A stretch of 61,199 bases of DNA, filler included. It is 4 parts of 4 records of this genome, joined end to end, with 100 filler letters (N's around TTAATTAATTAA, not from the genome) between each part and the next. Parts side by side here need not be neighbours in the genome. Positions count along the whole stretch, not along the records: positions 29,069 to 46,362 come from SRR20825006_2760; positions 46,463 to 55,349 come from SRR20825006_2767; 2 more parts are not named here. One strand, written 5' to 3'. Made by a program: the position numbers and the translations under genes. The notes under the pieces are model-generated. The model had not been told where the DNA came from and did no database searches. It saw nothing but the letters and a program-made list of their open reading frames with translations. Position 1 is the first letter of the stretch. Each line of letters begins with the position of its first letter. Positions 37,313-47,843 of the stretch are shown here, piece by piece.

Positions 37313-38098
37313 ATGGCTTTGAAAAAGGCGCTTGTGACGGGTGCGGCTCGACGGCTTGGCCGGGCGATTGCGCTGTCGCTGGGGCAGGCGGGCTATGACG
37401 TTGCCGTGCATTACCATCGCTCAAAAGAGGAGGCCGACACGGTAGTTGCAGAATTGCGCACGATGGGTGTGCGGGCCGAGGCGGTTCAGGCCAATCTTTT
37501 GTTGGAGAGCGAGGTGGAGGGCCTCATGGCGCGGGCGCGTGAGGTCCTTGGCGGGCCGGTGACGCTTTTGGTCAACAACGCGTCTGTGTTTGAACCCGAT
37601 GAGATCGACACCGCCACGCGCGACAGTTGGGATCGGCATTTTGAAAGCAATCTGCGCGCGCCGTTTGTGTTGATTCAAGACCTGGCGGCACAGGCGCCTG
37701 ATCCGGTCATGGATGATGCAGGCCATCCTGTTGCACAGGCGCTTGTGGTCAATATGATCGACCAGCGCGTGCGCAAACTCACGCCGCAATTCATGTCCTA
37801 CACCCTGGCCAAATCCGCGCTTTGGACCCTGACCCAAACGGCGGCGCAGGGCCTTGCTCCGCGTGTTCGGGTCAATGCCATCGGTCCGGGGCCGACCCTT
37901 AAAGGCGCGCGCCAGTCGCCCGAAGGCTTTGCCGCCCAACAGGATGCCACAGTTTTGCGCCGGGGATCTGCACCCGCCGACGTGACCGCAGCGCTCGCGT
38001 ATTTCATCGCTGCCGAGGCGGTGACAGGACAGTTGATCTGCGTTGATGGCGGGCAACATTTGGCTTGGGAAACGCCAGATGTTTTGGGGCCTGAGTGA
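37313..38098 (+). CDS. SDR oxidoreductase (pteridine reductase/FolM-like)
   Basis: TGAARRLG, VHY..S, VNNAS, NMIDQR, YTLAK and VDGG motifs. Confidence 0.85.
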   Translation: MALKKALVTGAARRLGRAIALSLGQAGYDVAVHYHRSKEEADTVVAELRTMGVRAEAVQANLLLESEVEGLMARAREVLGGPVTLLVNNASVFEPDEIDTATRDSWDRHFESNLRAPFVLIQDLAAQAPDPVMDDAGHPVAQALVVNMIDQRVRKLTPQFMSYTLAKSALWTLTQTAAQGLAPRVRVNAIGPGPTLKGARQSPEGFAAQQDATVLRRGSAPADVTAALAYFIAAEAVTGQLICVDGGQHLAWETPDVLGPE

Positions 38099-38302
38099 TC
38101 CAAATCAAACAGGTGCGACAAAAGTTTTGCACGGGGCGCAGATTTGTTTCAGCTTTGTTACCAAAATGTAAATAAATTCAATGATTTGCGCGGTGTTTGA
38201 AAAAAAATACAACAAAAACAGCGCCTTGATAAATTGACTATTTTTTATGCATTTGGGCGAAGCAGCCCGTTTTCAAAGGAAAACTCCTGTTCACGAAAAG
38301 TT

Positions 38303-38335
38303 ATAAGCACAGTTATCCACAGAAATGGTGGATGA
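38303..38335. promoter_or_regulatory. DnaA-box cluster upstream of uvrC
   Basis: Perfect TTATCCACA (38313-38321), inverted near-box GGTGGATGA 5 bp away, and degenerate ATAAGCACA just upstream, in an AT-rich 300-bp intergenic region. Confidence 0.65.
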
Positions 38336-38398
38336 GTTTCCTCTTGCTCTCAAAGCGATAAGATTGCAGCCAGAGGTAGGAATCAGACAAAGAGTCAC

Positions 38399-40288
38399 AT
38401 GAGCGAAAAAGACGACATAACCGCCCTGAGCGACCCCCACAAAGACGTCCCGCGCGGTCATGCCGTGATCGAGGGCTATCTACGGATGTTGGATGGGTCC
38501 CCCGGTGTGTACCGGATGCTCGATCCCGATCATCGGGTGCTCTATGTTGGCAAGGCCAAGCACCTGAGAAACCGGGTGTCGAACTATGCGCGGCCAAGCG
38601 GCCATTCCGCGCGCATCGCCAAGATGATCTCGGAAACATCGCAAATGATGTTTCTCACCACGCGCACGGAAACCGAAGCGCTGCTGCTTGAGCAGAACCT
38701 GATCAAGCAACTCAAACCGCATTACAACGTGCTGTTGCGCGACGACAAATCTTTCCCGAACATCCTCGTGACCAAGAATCACGACTTCCCTCAGATCACC
38801 AAACACCGCGGCGCCAAGTCCAGCAAAGGTGCCTATTACGGTCCCTTCGCCAATGCGACGGCGGTCAATCGCACGCTCAATCAGTTGCAAAAGGCGTTTT
38901 TGTTGCGCACCTGCGCCGACAGTGATTTCGCCAATCGCACCCGGCCGTGCCTGCAGTATCAAATCAAACGCTGCACCGCGCCTTGTGTGGGAAAAATTTC
39001 AAAAGAGGATTACGCCACCCTGGTGAATGACGCCGAGCGATTCCTTCAGGGCAAGGATTCGGGGATGCAAAAGCGCCTCGCAGAAGAGATGCAAGCGGCG
39101 TCTGACGCGATGGAATTTGAGGTAGCTGCTGGTCTGCGCGACCGCATCCGCGCCATGACCCAAGTCCAGACCGCGCAGGGCATCAATCCACGCACCATCA
39201 GCGAGGGCGATGTGATCGGTCTGCATATGGAAAGCGGGCAGGCCTGTGTTCAGGTGTTCTTTATTCGCGCCCATCAAAACTGGGGCAACCGCGATTTTTA
39301 CCCGAAAACCAATGGGGCGGAGGCCGAAGAGGTGCTCAGCGCCTTCATCGGTCAGTTTTACGATCAAAAGGAACCGCCGCGCCAAATCATCCTGTCGCAT
39401 GATCTCGAAGAGCGGGAGTTGATCGAAGCGGCGCTGTCGGAAAAGGCCGGGAAAAAGGTCGAAATCCTTGTGCCGCAACGGGGCGAAAAGGCCGAGATTG
39501 TCGCGGGGGCTGTGCGCAATGCCCGCGAAAGTCTGGGCCGGAAAATGTCGGAAACGGCGGCGCAGGCCAAACTTTTGGCCGGGGTGCAGGCGGCGTTTGA
39601 TCTACCGAACCTGCCCGCCCGCATCGAGGTCTATGACAACTCCCACATTCAGGGTGCCCATGCGGTGGGGGCGATGATCGTGGCAGGCCCCGAAGGGTTT
39701 ATGAAAAACCAATACCGCAAATTCGACATCAAGGGCGACGAGATCACGCCGGGCGACGATTTTGGCATGATGAAAGAGATGCTGACGCGGCGCTTCAAAC
39801 GTCTGCTCAAAGACGACCCGGACCGCAGCAAAGGGCTATGGCCGGACCTGTTGTTGATCGACGGTGGCGCGGGACAGGTGTCTGCGGTGCGCGAAATCAT
39901 GGTGGAGCAGGGCGTGACCGACATCCCGATGGTCGGTGTGGCCAAGGGCATTGATCGCGACCAAGGCAAAGAAGAATTCTACCGCACGGGCAAACGCCCC
40001 TTTGCGCTGCAACGTAACGATCCTGTGCTGTATTTCATTCAACGCCTGCGCGATGAGGCACACCGTTTTGCCATCGGCACCCACCGCGCCAAACGGTCGA
40101 AAGCCATTTCTGCCACGCCGCTCGACGATGTCCCCGGCGTTGGGGCCACACGCAAACGCGCGCTTTTGGCGCATTTCGGCTCGGCCAAGGCAGTGTCATT
40201 GGCCAATCTGGCGGACCTCAAAGCCGTCACTGGCATTTCCGAGACCATCGCCCAAACCATCTATGACTTCTTCCATGAACAGCGCTAA
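38399..40288 (+). CDS. uvrC: Excinuclease ABC subunit C
   Basis: [43 protein letters not shown] and HhH motifs. Confidence 0.97.
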   Translation: MSEKDDITALSDPHKDVPRGHAVIEGYLRMLDGSPGVYRMLDPDHRVLYVGKAKHLRNRVSNYARPSGHSARIAKMISETSQMMFLTTRTETEALLLEQNLIKQLKPHYNVLLRDDKSFPNILVTKNHDFPQITKHRGAKSSKGAYYGPFANATAVNRTLNQLQKAFLLRTCADSDFANRTRPCLQYQIKRCTAPCVGKISKEDYATLVNDAERFLQGKDSGMQKRLAEEMQAASDAMEFEVAAGLRDRIRAMTQVQTAQGINPRTISEGDVIGLHMESGQACVQVFFIRAHQNWGNRDFYPKTNGAEAEEVLSAFIGQFYDQKEPPRQIILSHDLEERELIEAALSEKAGKKVEILVPQRGEKAEIVAGAVRNARESLGRKMSETAAQAKLLAGVQAAFDLPNLPARIEVYDNSHIQGAHAVGAMIVAGPEGFMKNQYRKFDIKGDEITPGDDFGMMKEMLTRRFKRLLKDDPDRSKGLWPDLLLIDGGAGQVSAVREIMVEQGVTDIPMVGVAKGIDRDQGKEEFYRTGKRPFALQRNDPVLYFIQRLRDEAHRFAIGTHRAKRSKAISATPLDDVPGVGATRKRALLAHFGSAKAVSLANLADLKAVTGISETIAQTIYDFFHEQR

Positions 40289-40306
40289 GCGGATAAAGAG
40301 ACATCT

Positions 40307-40873
40307 ATGACCTGGAACATTCCCAATATTCTCACTGTGTTTCGCCTGCTTTGCGCCCCCGGCGTGGCTTTGGTGTTTTTGATCCTGCCGCGTCCACTGG
40401 CGGATTGGGCGGCACTGATCCTGTTTGTCTCGGCCTCTACCACCGATTTTCTGGACGGCTATTTGGCGCGCAAATGGGACCAGATGTCAAAGTTCGGTAC
40501 GATGTTGGACCCGATTGCCGACAAGGCCATGGTGGTCACCGCCCTTGCGGTGTTGACCATGTTGCATGGCATCAACGCGCTGGTTGTCATCCCGGCGGCC
40601 TTTATCCTGTTGCGCGAAACCTTCGTGTCGGGATTGCGCGAATTTTTGGGCGACACGGCAGGCACATTGAAAGTCACCAAATTGGCCAAATGGAAAACCA
40701 CGGCACAGATGGTGGCGATTGCGGCGTTGTTTGGCTATGGTGCTTTGGATTTTCCGCCGCTGTTCACCTTGGGGATTTTGATTCTGTGGGTTGCGGGTGT
40801 TTTGACCGTGTTGACGGGATGGGATTACCTGAGCAAAGCCCTGCCATATTTGCGAGATGACCATGACGCTTAA
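40307..40873 (+). CDS. pgsA: Phosphatidylglycerophosphate synthase
   Basis: NIPNILT, D.LDGYLAR, G..LDPIADK and KWKT motifs, following uvrC. Confidence 0.95.
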   Translation: MTWNIPNILTVFRLLCAPGVALVFLILPRPLADWAALILFVSASTTDFLDGYLARKWDQMSKFGTMLDPIADKAMVVTALAVLTMLHGINALVVIPAAFILLRETFVSGLREFLGDTAGTLKVTKLAKWKTTAQMVAIAALFGYGALDFPPLFTLGILILWVAGVLTVLTGWDYLSKALPYLRDDHDA

Positions 40874-41114
40874 TCTGCTCTATTTCGCATGGGTGCGCGA
40901 ACGCATCGGGGAGCCGCGTGAAACCGTCGAGACCTCTGCTGAGACGGTGATGGACCTTGTGGCCGAGTTGAAAGCCCGTGAGCCGCGCTATGAATTGGCC
41001 TTCTCCGATCTCGCCTCCCTAAGGGTGGCGTTGGATCAGGAATTGGCGGAATTTGATGCACCTTTAGCGGGGGTACGCGAAGTGGCGTTCTTCCCGCCGA
41101 TGACGGGCGGCTGA
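40863..41114 (+). CDS. moaD: Molybdopterin synthase sulfur carrier
   Basis: YFAWVRERIG and C-terminal EVAFFPPMTGG. Alternative start 40857. Confidence 0.95.
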   Translation: MTLNLLYFAWVRERIGEPRETVETSAETVMDLVAELKAREPRYELAFSDLASLRVALDQELAEFDAPLAGVREVAFFPPMTGG

Positions 41115-41116
41115 GC

Positions 41117-41566
41117 ATGGCAGTTCCGGTGCGCATTTCGGTTCAGGCAGAGGATTTCGACCTCGCCACGGAGTTGAGCGGCTTTGGTCATGCGGCCAAC
41201 ACCGGCGCAACCGTGACGTTCACCGGGTTGGTGCGCGATGACACGGGCGCATTACAGCACATGGAAATTGAACATTACCCCGGCATGTGTGAGGACGCGA
41301 TCCGCAAAATCGCCGACGAGGCTGCTAACCGCTGGGCGCTCACTGATTGTCTGGTGATCCACCGCTTTGGGCGCCTTGTGCCAGGAGAGCAGATCATGAT
41401 GGTCGCCACTGCGGCCCGGCACCGATCAGAGGCCTTTGCCGCCGCTGAATTTTTGATGGATTATCTCAAATCCCGCGCACCGTTTTGGAAAAAAGAAGTC
41501 ACCCGCGAAGGGGCCGAATGGGTCGCCGCCAAAGACAGTGACGAAGACGCGCTGAGCCGTTGGTAG
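41117..41566 (+). CDS. moaE: Molybdopterin synthase catalytic subunit
   Basis: FTG.VR, EHYPGM, HR.G.L and MDYLKSRAPFWKKE motifs. Confidence 0.95.
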   Translation: MAVPVRISVQAEDFDLATELSGFGHAANTGATVTFTGLVRDDTGALQHMEIEHYPGMCEDAIRKIADEAANRWALTDCLVIHRFGRLVPGEQIMMVATAARHRSEAFAAAEFLMDYLKSRAPFWKKEVTREGAEWVAAKDSDEDALSRW

Positions 41567-41584
41567 GCGCATCACAGATGAGGG

Positions 41585-41911
41585 TCAGCCTGCGCTGTGC
41601 TTTTCGATATAGGCGCGCAGCTCTTCGGCCTCTTGCCGCGCCTCGCGCAGCCCGTCCATCGCGGCGCGCAACTCTGCATCTGTTTGGCTTTGCTGATTGA
41701 TCAACTCGGATTCACGTTGCTGGTAATAGGTGATCGCCTGGTCGCGGACCTCTTCGGCTTCGTGAAGTTGCTGCGCCATTGTGTCGAGATCGCTCATTTC
41801 GCCTTGGCCAACGCGTACAAAACGGTGGACCAGCCAATGCGCAAACCATCCCATCAAAAAGGCGATAAAAAGCACGATCGCCGTGGCGATGATCAATTCA
41901 ATTCTGTTCAT
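41585..41911 (-). CDS. Hypothetical protein (N-terminal TM + coiled coil)
   Basis: Hydrophobic N-terminus and charged helical C-terminus. ATGA overlap with the OmpA-family gene. Confidence 0.75.
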   Translation of the reverse strand: MNRIELIIATAIVLFIAFLMGWFAHWLVHRFVRVGQGEMSDLDTMAQQLHEAEEVRDQAITYYQQRESELINQQSQTDAELRAAMDGLREARQEAEELRAYIEKHSAG

Positions 41912-43854
41912 TCGGTTGTTCCGTCCGTTGTCTCGCCCGTTTTATCGACCTGGGCCTCACCCGCAGTCTCGTCTGCGGGGGCGTCAGGGGCCACCTCGGG
42001 AGTCACATCCGTGCCGTCGGCCTGTGCGTCTGTCGGCGTTTGCGCGCCCCCGTCGATGAGTTTGAACTCAATGCGCCGGTTCGCCTCCCGGCCTTCTTCG
42101 GTCTCATTGTCGCCAATCGGATTGGCCTCGCCATAGCCTTTGGCGGTAAAGCTCACACCGGCCACACGCCGCATCAAAAGCCCGTCCAAAACGGCGTTTG
42201 CGCGCTGGGCCGACAGGTTGAGGTTCATTTCCTCACGGCCCTGACTGTCACTGTACGCTCCGATTTCCATTTCGACGTTTTCGCAGTCTTTCAGCGTCAC
42301 GGCGATGCGATCCACTGTCTCATTGGCCGCGGCGTTCAATTCCGTGGACCCGGGATCAAACACGATCTTTGAGGCCGCCAAAATTTGGTTCGCCTGTGCG
42401 ACGCATTCCGCAGGTGTCGGCAGGTTCAGGACCGGATCGAGTTTGCGGATATAGTCGACAGAGATGTTGAAATTCTGTCCCTCACCCAGTTTCTCAGACA
42501 ACAGCCCGGCAATGGCGGCTTTGGCATTGGGGTCGCCGGTTTGACCACGCACATCAACGGTATTGGCGGTCATGGTCACGGCGCCTTGGTTGAGTTGCGA
42601 GAGCGCTTCGATGGCGGCCATCGCGCGCACGGACCAGCCCTCGGGCAGGCTGTCATCCACGCGCATCGCCGAATAGACGGATTGTGCACCAAAGGCCGCG
42701 CGGGCCAAGGCTTCGGTGGCCAATTTGCTGCGTTCATCCGCGATCCGTCCGCGCAATTGGGTCTGGCCTTCGGGCGAACGGGTCACGGTGAATTCCGGGC
42801 GGGCGTTTTCTGCCTCGGCCACGTCTGGTTCTGGCAAAATGCTGTGCAGGGTGAAGGTCGGTGGCAGGTCCGCTTCCAATTCGCCAACCACTTTGTCAAA
42901 CAGCGCTTCTGAGGTGCCTTGACTCGCGATCAGGCTGACATCGCCGTCCGAAAAGGTCACCGATCCACTACCCAATTCTTGCAGTGCGCGCATCCCGGTT
43001 TCGACCGCCTGTGCCCATTGCGCCGAAGGGGCACCAAGCCCGATGGTGCAATTTGGATTGGCAATGCCTGCAGCACGCGCCGCGGCAGTGATCCGGGCAA
43101 GGCCTTGCGGGGTTTCGGCGGCGCAGGCGTCAAACCGCGGGCCCGTCTCATCAATCAAAAACCGTACGGTGAACGGCGTGATCACCGGGCGCGGCGCCGA
43201 TATTTCGATCGTCACGGGGATGGTCTTTGGGCGTTCCTCTTTGAGGGTTTTCTCAAATGACGCCTTTTGCGTTTTGCTGTCGGCAAGGGCTGTGACAGTG
43301 ATTTTATCTGCGGCCAGAGAAATTTTGGACCGTGGCAAAAGGCCGATGGCCTCCAGGCCAAATTCCATCGCTACGTCCCAATGTTCGGGGCTTGGATAAT
43401 CCGCCTTTTCGAGGAAATCAGCGATTGACCCTGTGCCACCGGCCTTTTTCAACAGGTCGATGAACTTCGGATGATCCCAAGACGACGGCACCAGCCCGAT
43501 CAGAGAAATCCCATCGTCATTGCGCAGGATTTCGATAGAAAATCGCGGGGCAGGGATGGCCTCTTTTTGGACCACGCTCATCACATTCATCACCCGCGCC
43601 GGATCGACCACATGGCCTGCGGCCCGCTGTGCGGCCAATTGAGTTTGCTCGTCGGGCGCGATGCCTGTCAGGACGATTTGCAACCCATCGCCTTGCACAT
43701 CCACCCATTCATAACCACGCAGGTTCATTTGATTTTCAACAGCATGGGCCGACATCGTTTCAATCGTACGGGCCCCAACGGCAGCGGCGGCCAGACTTAG
43801 GACGGCTCCGGTGAGAATGGCGGCGAGGATGGGTAAAAACTGTGTAATCCGCAT
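41908..43854 (-). CDS. OmpA-family protein with N-terminal anchor and BON-like repeats
   Basis: C-terminal OmpA domain (F..GS.EL, SDSQG....N..LS.QRA.AV, GYGE..P, NRRIEF). Confidence 0.85.
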   Translation of the reverse strand: MRITQFLPILAAILTGAVLSLAAAAVGARTIETMSAHAVENQMNLRGYEWVDVQGDGLQIVLTGIAPDEQTQLAAQRAAGHVVDPARVMNVMSVVQKEAIPAPRFSIEILRNDDGISLIGLVPSSWDHPKFIDLLKKAGGTGSIADFLEKADYPSPEHWDVAMEFGLEAIGLLPRSKISLAADKITVTALADSKTQKASFEKTLKEERPKTIPVTIEISAPRPVITPFTVRFLIDETGPRFDACAAETPQGLARITAAARAAGIANPNCTIGLGAPSAQWAQAVETGMRALQELGSGSVTFSDGDVSLIASQGTSEALFDKVVGELEADLPPTFTLHSILPEPDVAEAENARPEFTVTRSPEGQTQLRGRIADERSKLATEALARAAFGAQSVYSAMRVDDSLPEGWSVRAMAAIEALSQLNQGAVTMTANTVDVRGQTGDPNAKAAIAGLLSEKLGEGQNFNISVDYIRKLDPVLNLPTPAECVAQANQILAASKIVFDPGSTELNAAANETVDRIAVTLKDCENVEMEIGAYSDSQGREEMNLNLSAQRANAVLDGLLMRRVAGVSFTAKGYGEANPIGDNETEEGREANRRIEFKLIDGGAQTPTDAQADGTDVTPEVAPDAPADETAGEAQVDKTGETTDGTTE

Positions 43855-43918
43855 GGGCTGCGCTGGCCTATATATTCAATTTGGCCTTTGTCTTAGGGGC
43901 ATATGGCCTTTGCTGCAA

Positions 43919-44884
43919 TCAAAGGAACACAGATACGGCAAGAAACAGCGCAGCCAAAAGCCCTGTATCGCGGTTGGCGCGGAACAGTTTGAGGCACATG
44001 TCTGGGTTTTCGGTGTCAAGTTTGGTCATCTGCCACGTCATATGAAGCCCCATCGCCCAAGGTGCGCCCAAGGCGACGACAAGCGCCAAAATCGAGCGGT
44101 CCACAAGGGCCTCAACCACGCCCGCCCCCATCAACACAACGGTGATGACCAAAAACCGTCTGAGCCACCGCGCCGTATCGTCGCCAAACAGAAGTGCAGT
44201 GGATTTGATGCCGATCATCGCATCGTCGTCTTTGTCTTGGTGAGCATAGATCGTATCGTAGAAAATCGTCCAGGCGATGCCGGCGAAATAGAAAAAGAAC
44301 GGGGCGGTGCTCAGGCGACCGGATACGGCAGCATAGGCCAAAATTGCGCCCCAGTTGAAAGCGAGGCCCAAAAACACCTGTGGCCACCATGTAAACCGCT
44401 TGGCGAAAGGGTAAATCATCACCGGGACAAGCGAGAGTAGTCCCAGAAGGATCGCCAGCTTGCCAAAGCTCAACAGAATCACAAGGGCGATCAGAGCCTG
44501 GAGGACCATCCAGATCGCCGCCTGTTTGACGGTGACTTGACCCGAGGGGATCGGGCGGCTTTTGGTGCGTTCAACTTTGCCGTCAAAATTACGGTCTGAG
44601 ATGTCGTTCCAGGTGCATCCCGCGCCACGCATCAACCACGCGCCCAAAGCACAGCCGATCATGATCCACAGCGTGCGCAGCCCAAATGTCCCGGTTTCTG
44701 CCGCCGCCAATAACGCGCCCCACCAACAGGGGAGCAGGAGCAACCAAGTGCCAACAGGCCGATCCGCCCTTGAGAGGCGCAAATAGGGCCGGGTCCATGC
44801 GGGCGCATGACTATCGACCCAATTGCCTTTGACAGCGTCAAAAACCTGTCCACTCGTCTCTGGTGCTTTCGGTGTGTCGATCAT
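43919..44884 (-). CDS. ubiA: 4-hydroxybenzoate polyprenyltransferase
   Basis: RADRPVG.WLL..PC, GCTWND..DR..D..VERT..RP and YDTIYAHQD..DD motifs. Confidence 0.95.
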   Translation of the reverse strand: MIDTPKAPETSGQVFDAVKGNWVDSHAPAWTRPYLRLSRADRPVGTWLLLLPCWWGALLAAAETGTFGLRTLWIMIGCALGAWLMRGAGCTWNDISDRNFDGKVERTKSRPIPSGQVTVKQAAIWMVLQALIALVILLSFGKLAILLGLLSLVPVMIYPFAKRFTWWPQVFLGLAFNWGAILAYAAVSGRLSTAPFFFYFAGIAWTIFYDTIYAHQDKDDDAMIGIKSTALLFGDDTARWLRRFLVITVVLMGAGVVEALVDRSILALVVALGAPWAMGLHMTWQMTKLDTENPDMCLKLFRANRDTGLLAALFLAVSVFL

Positions 44885-44895
44885 ATGTTTGCTCC

Positions 44896-45633
44896 ATGAG
44901 CGAAGAACAGTTTCAGGCGAAGATCCGCCTCTATGTAGATCACCCTCTGGCCGAGGGGCAATCCATTCCTCTGGAGAGGGATCAGGCGCATTACCTTTTT
45001 GGGGTGATGCGACAGCCAGAGGGGGCGTATGTCGCGCTGTTCAATTCGCGCGATGGCGAATATGTGGCCGAGATCACGCAGGCGGGCAAACGCGGTGGGG
45101 AACTGACCTGTCGGATACAGAGCAAACCTTTGCAACTGCCGCCCGATCTGTGGCTTTTGTTCGCGCCGATCAAAAAGGCACGCACCGATTTTATCGTGGA
45201 GAAAGCCGCCGAGATGGGCACGCAGCGCATTGTGCCGGTGCAGACCGAGTTTACCAATTCGGAACGCATTCGTCAGGATCGGTTGCAAGCCCATGCCATT
45301 GAGGCCGCCGAACAATGTGGTGGGACCTATGTGCCCGAAGTGGCGGGGCTTCATCGTCTGGACCGGATTTTGGCCGATTGGGACCCGGAGCGTCAGATTA
45401 TGTTTTGTGACGAAACCCTCGTCGGGGCGGCGCAGGCCTTGCAAGCGGTCGAAAGCGGCAAATGGGCGATCTTGATCGGCCCTGAGGGCGGGTTTTCCGA
45501 GGCCGAGCGCAAACGCCTTCGCGCGCTGCCCTTCACCCATGCCGTCTCGCTTGGCCCACGCATCTTGCGCGCAGACACCGCCGCCGTCGCCGCCTTGACG
45601 ATCTGGCAAACCCATCTTGGGGATTGGTCCTGA
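44896..45633 (+). CDS. rsmE: 16S rRNA m3U1498 methyltransferase
   Basis: HYL..VMR, EKA.EMG, EAAEQC, IGPEGGF and LGPRILRADTA motifs. Confidence 0.95.
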   Translation: MSEEQFQAKIRLYVDHPLAEGQSIPLERDQAHYLFGVMRQPEGAYVALFNSRDGEYVAEITQAGKRGGELTCRIQSKPLQLPPDLWLLFAPIKKARTDFIVEKAAEMGTQRIVPVQTEFTNSERIRQDRLQAHAIEAAEQCGGTYVPEVAGLHRLDRILADWDPERQIMFCDETLVGAAQALQAVESGKWAILIGPEGGFSEAERKRLRALPFTHAVSLGPRILRADTAAVAALTIWQTHLGDWS

Positions 45634-46139
45634 TGCGACCCGAGGTCAAAGCGATGCTGTGGCGCTGGCGCGAGGTTGCCGTGGCGCTCGCCGTTGTGGC
45701 GCTTTTGGGTTGGTGGTCGGTGGCGTCCTTTGGCGTGATGCGGTGGATCGCCTTGGGATTTACCGGGCTTGCCGGGATTTTCGGCGTCGCCGCCGTGCAG
45801 CGCGCGCGCTTTGCCCATAAGGGCGATGGCTATGGCTCGGTCGAGGTGGACGAGGGCGTGGTCAGCTATTTCACCCCCTACACCGGCGGTCAGGTCGAGA
45901 TTGACGCGATGACCTGCGTGACCTTGCTTCCCGCTGTCAAAGGCCCGGCGCATTGGCAATTTGACGCACCCGGTCAGCCGCCGCTTTTGATCCCTCTGGA
46001 TGCGTTTGGGGCGGATCGGTTGTTTGACGTATTTGTCACGCTGGATGGGATTGAGACCGAAAAAATGCTGCGACAAATCAAACAGACGCCCGATCATCCA
46101 GTTGTGATCTGGCGGAAACGCACAGCGCTTCTGCGCTGA
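45633..46139 (+). CDS. Hypothetical membrane protein
   Basis: Two TMs, TGATG coupling to rsmE, normal codon usage. Confidence 0.75.
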   Translation: MRPEVKAMLWRWREVAVALAVVALLGWWSVASFGVMRWIALGFTGLAGIFGVAAVQRARFAHKGDGYGSVEVDEGVVSYFTPYTGGQVEIDAMTCVTLLPAVKGPAHWQFDAPGQPPLLIPLDAFGADRLFDVFVTLDGIETEKMLRQIKQTPDHPVVIWRKRTALLR

Positions 46140-46231
46140 GATGCGAACCGAATGATGGCCTTCGCATTGACTTCATGATCCTCTTGACCCAAGTCTACCG
46201 CACTGAATTCAACGCTCCGGAGTAGCCCCAT

Positions 46232-46362
46232 ATGTCCATTCCCCAATCCGGCGGAGGCTTGATCGAAAGCTATGACGATCTGGTCAACTTTTTCGCAGTC
46301 GGGTGTAAACCCCGCGAAAATTGGAAAATCGGCACCGAGCATGAAAAGTTCGGCTATTGCAA
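46232..46362 (+). CDS. gshA: Glutamate-cysteine ligase, N-terminal fragment (truncated by gap)
   Basis: MSIPQSGGG...GCKP...W.IGTEHEKF. Confidence 0.88.
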
Positions 46363-46462
46363 NNNNNNNNNNNNNNNNNNNNNNNNNNNNNNNNNNNNNN
46401 NNNNNNTTAATTAATTAANNNNNNNNNNNNNNNNNNNNNNNNNNNNNNNNNNNNNNNNNNNN
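46363..46462. other. Artificial contig spacer
   Basis: 44 N + TTAATTAATTAA + 44 N. Confidence 0.98.
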
Positions 46463-46669
46463 CAGAACTTCATCGCCAAGCAATACCCGGCCACGGTTGG
46501 GCGCAAGACGCCCAACAATGACGTTCAACAGCGTCGATTTGCCCGCACCATTTGGACCAATAATAGCGTGAACCGTGCCTTTCTTAACCCGAAGGTTAAT
46601 GTCAGACAACGCGCGCAAGCCGCCAAAATTCTTATCCACATCAGTTACATCAAGAATGTATTCAGACAT
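46463..46669 (-). CDS. LivG-like ABC ATPase, N-terminal fragment
   Basis: K.FGGL.AL, IIGPNGAGKST. Truncated by gap. Confidence 0.88.
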
Positions 46670-46672
46670 CGA

Positions 46673-47842
46673 TCAGACCTCCCCCGCCGAGTGTTGTTCT
46701 TTTTCTTTGCCCTCAGCCGAAGAAGCTGAAGACGCGCGGTTGGACACAAGACGCCACAGGCGATTGATCCCTTCCATGATGCCACCTGGCAGGAAGATCA
46801 CGATCAGCATGAAGACCAGACCAAGGGTCAGATGCCAGCCTTCGCCAACAAACAGACCAAGGATCGTTGCGACCCCGTGTGCGAGCCAATCGGGAAGGAA
46901 GGAAAACGCATTGAGAAGAACCGTCTCGTTAAAGGCCGAGAAGATATTTTCAAAATACTTGATAACCCCGGCCCCCAGAAGCGGACCAATCAGGGTTCCG
47001 ACACCGCCAAGAATGGTGATCAGAACGATCTCACCCGATGCTGTCCACTGCATGCGCTCAGCCCCTGCAAGCGGATCGGTCACCGCCAGAAGCGACCCGG
47101 CAAGACCGGCATACATGCCCGAGATGACAAAGGCCGTCATCAGATAGGGCCGTGTGTTGTACCCGGTATAGCCCATGCGGCTCTGGTTCGATTTAATCGC
47201 ACGCAGCTTCAGCCCGAACGGGGAGCGGAAGATGCGCAGATAGATGAAGAACGAGACAAGCATAAGGGCCGCACAGATATAGAAGCCGGAATAGCCGATG
47301 CCTTCGATGCCAAACAGGTTCGGTGTTGGAAGCGATGCGTCTGCTTCAATCCCGGACATGCGATCAAGAACACGCGGGTCCCCCTGCGTCAGTTGCAGAC
47401 CGGTTTCACCATTGGTGATCGGGGTCAGAACCGAATAGGCAAGGTTATAGGACATCTGTGCAAAGGCCAGCGTCAGGATCGAGAAATAAATCCCTGAACG
47501 ACGCAACGAGACATACCCGATGGCCAAGGCAAACAGACCGGAAAGAAGCGTTCCGAAAATCATCGCCGGGATGACATTCATCGAAAGTAACTTGAACGAC
47601 CAGACCGCTGTGTAGGACCCCACACCCAGGAAGGCCGCGTGACCGAAGGAAAGATAGCCGGTCAAACCAAACAGAATGTTATAGCCGATGGCAAAGATGC
47701 CAAAAATCATGAATTTCTGCATCAGGTCAGGATAGGCCGCCCCGAAAGGCTGGAGCCAGATCGGCATGGTCAGGACCACGACCGACAGAATGACCATGTA
47801 AAGGATATCCTGCTTTGGCGAGACGATTTTTGTGTTTGTCAT
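46673..47842 (-). CDS. LivM-like ABC permease
   Basis: [24 protein letters not shown] and ILGG.GTL.GP motifs. Confidence 0.9.
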   Translation of the reverse strand: MTNTKIVSPKQDILYMVILSVVVLTMPIWLQPFGAAYPDLMQKFMIFGIFAIGYNILFGLTGYLSFGHAAFLGVGSYTAVWSFKLLSMNVIPAMIFGTLLSGLFALAIGYVSLRRSGIYFSILTLAFAQMSYNLAYSVLTPITNGETGLQLTQGDPRVLDRMSGIEADASLPTPNLFGIEGIGYSGFYICAALMLVSFFIYLRIFRSPFGLKLRAIKSNQSRMGYTGYNTRPYLMTAFVISGMYAGLAGSLLAVTDPLAGAERMQWTASGEIVLITILGGVGTLIGPLLGAGVIKYFENIFSAFNETVLLNAFSFLPDWLAHGVATILGLFVGEGWHLTLGLVFMLIVIFLPGGIMEGINRLWRLVSNRASSASSAEGKEKEQHSAGEV

Positions 47843-47843
47843 T

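Noticed and set aside
38099-38398. oriC
   Set aside because: Only one perfect DnaA box and no typical origin-flanking genes. Kept as DARS-like instead.
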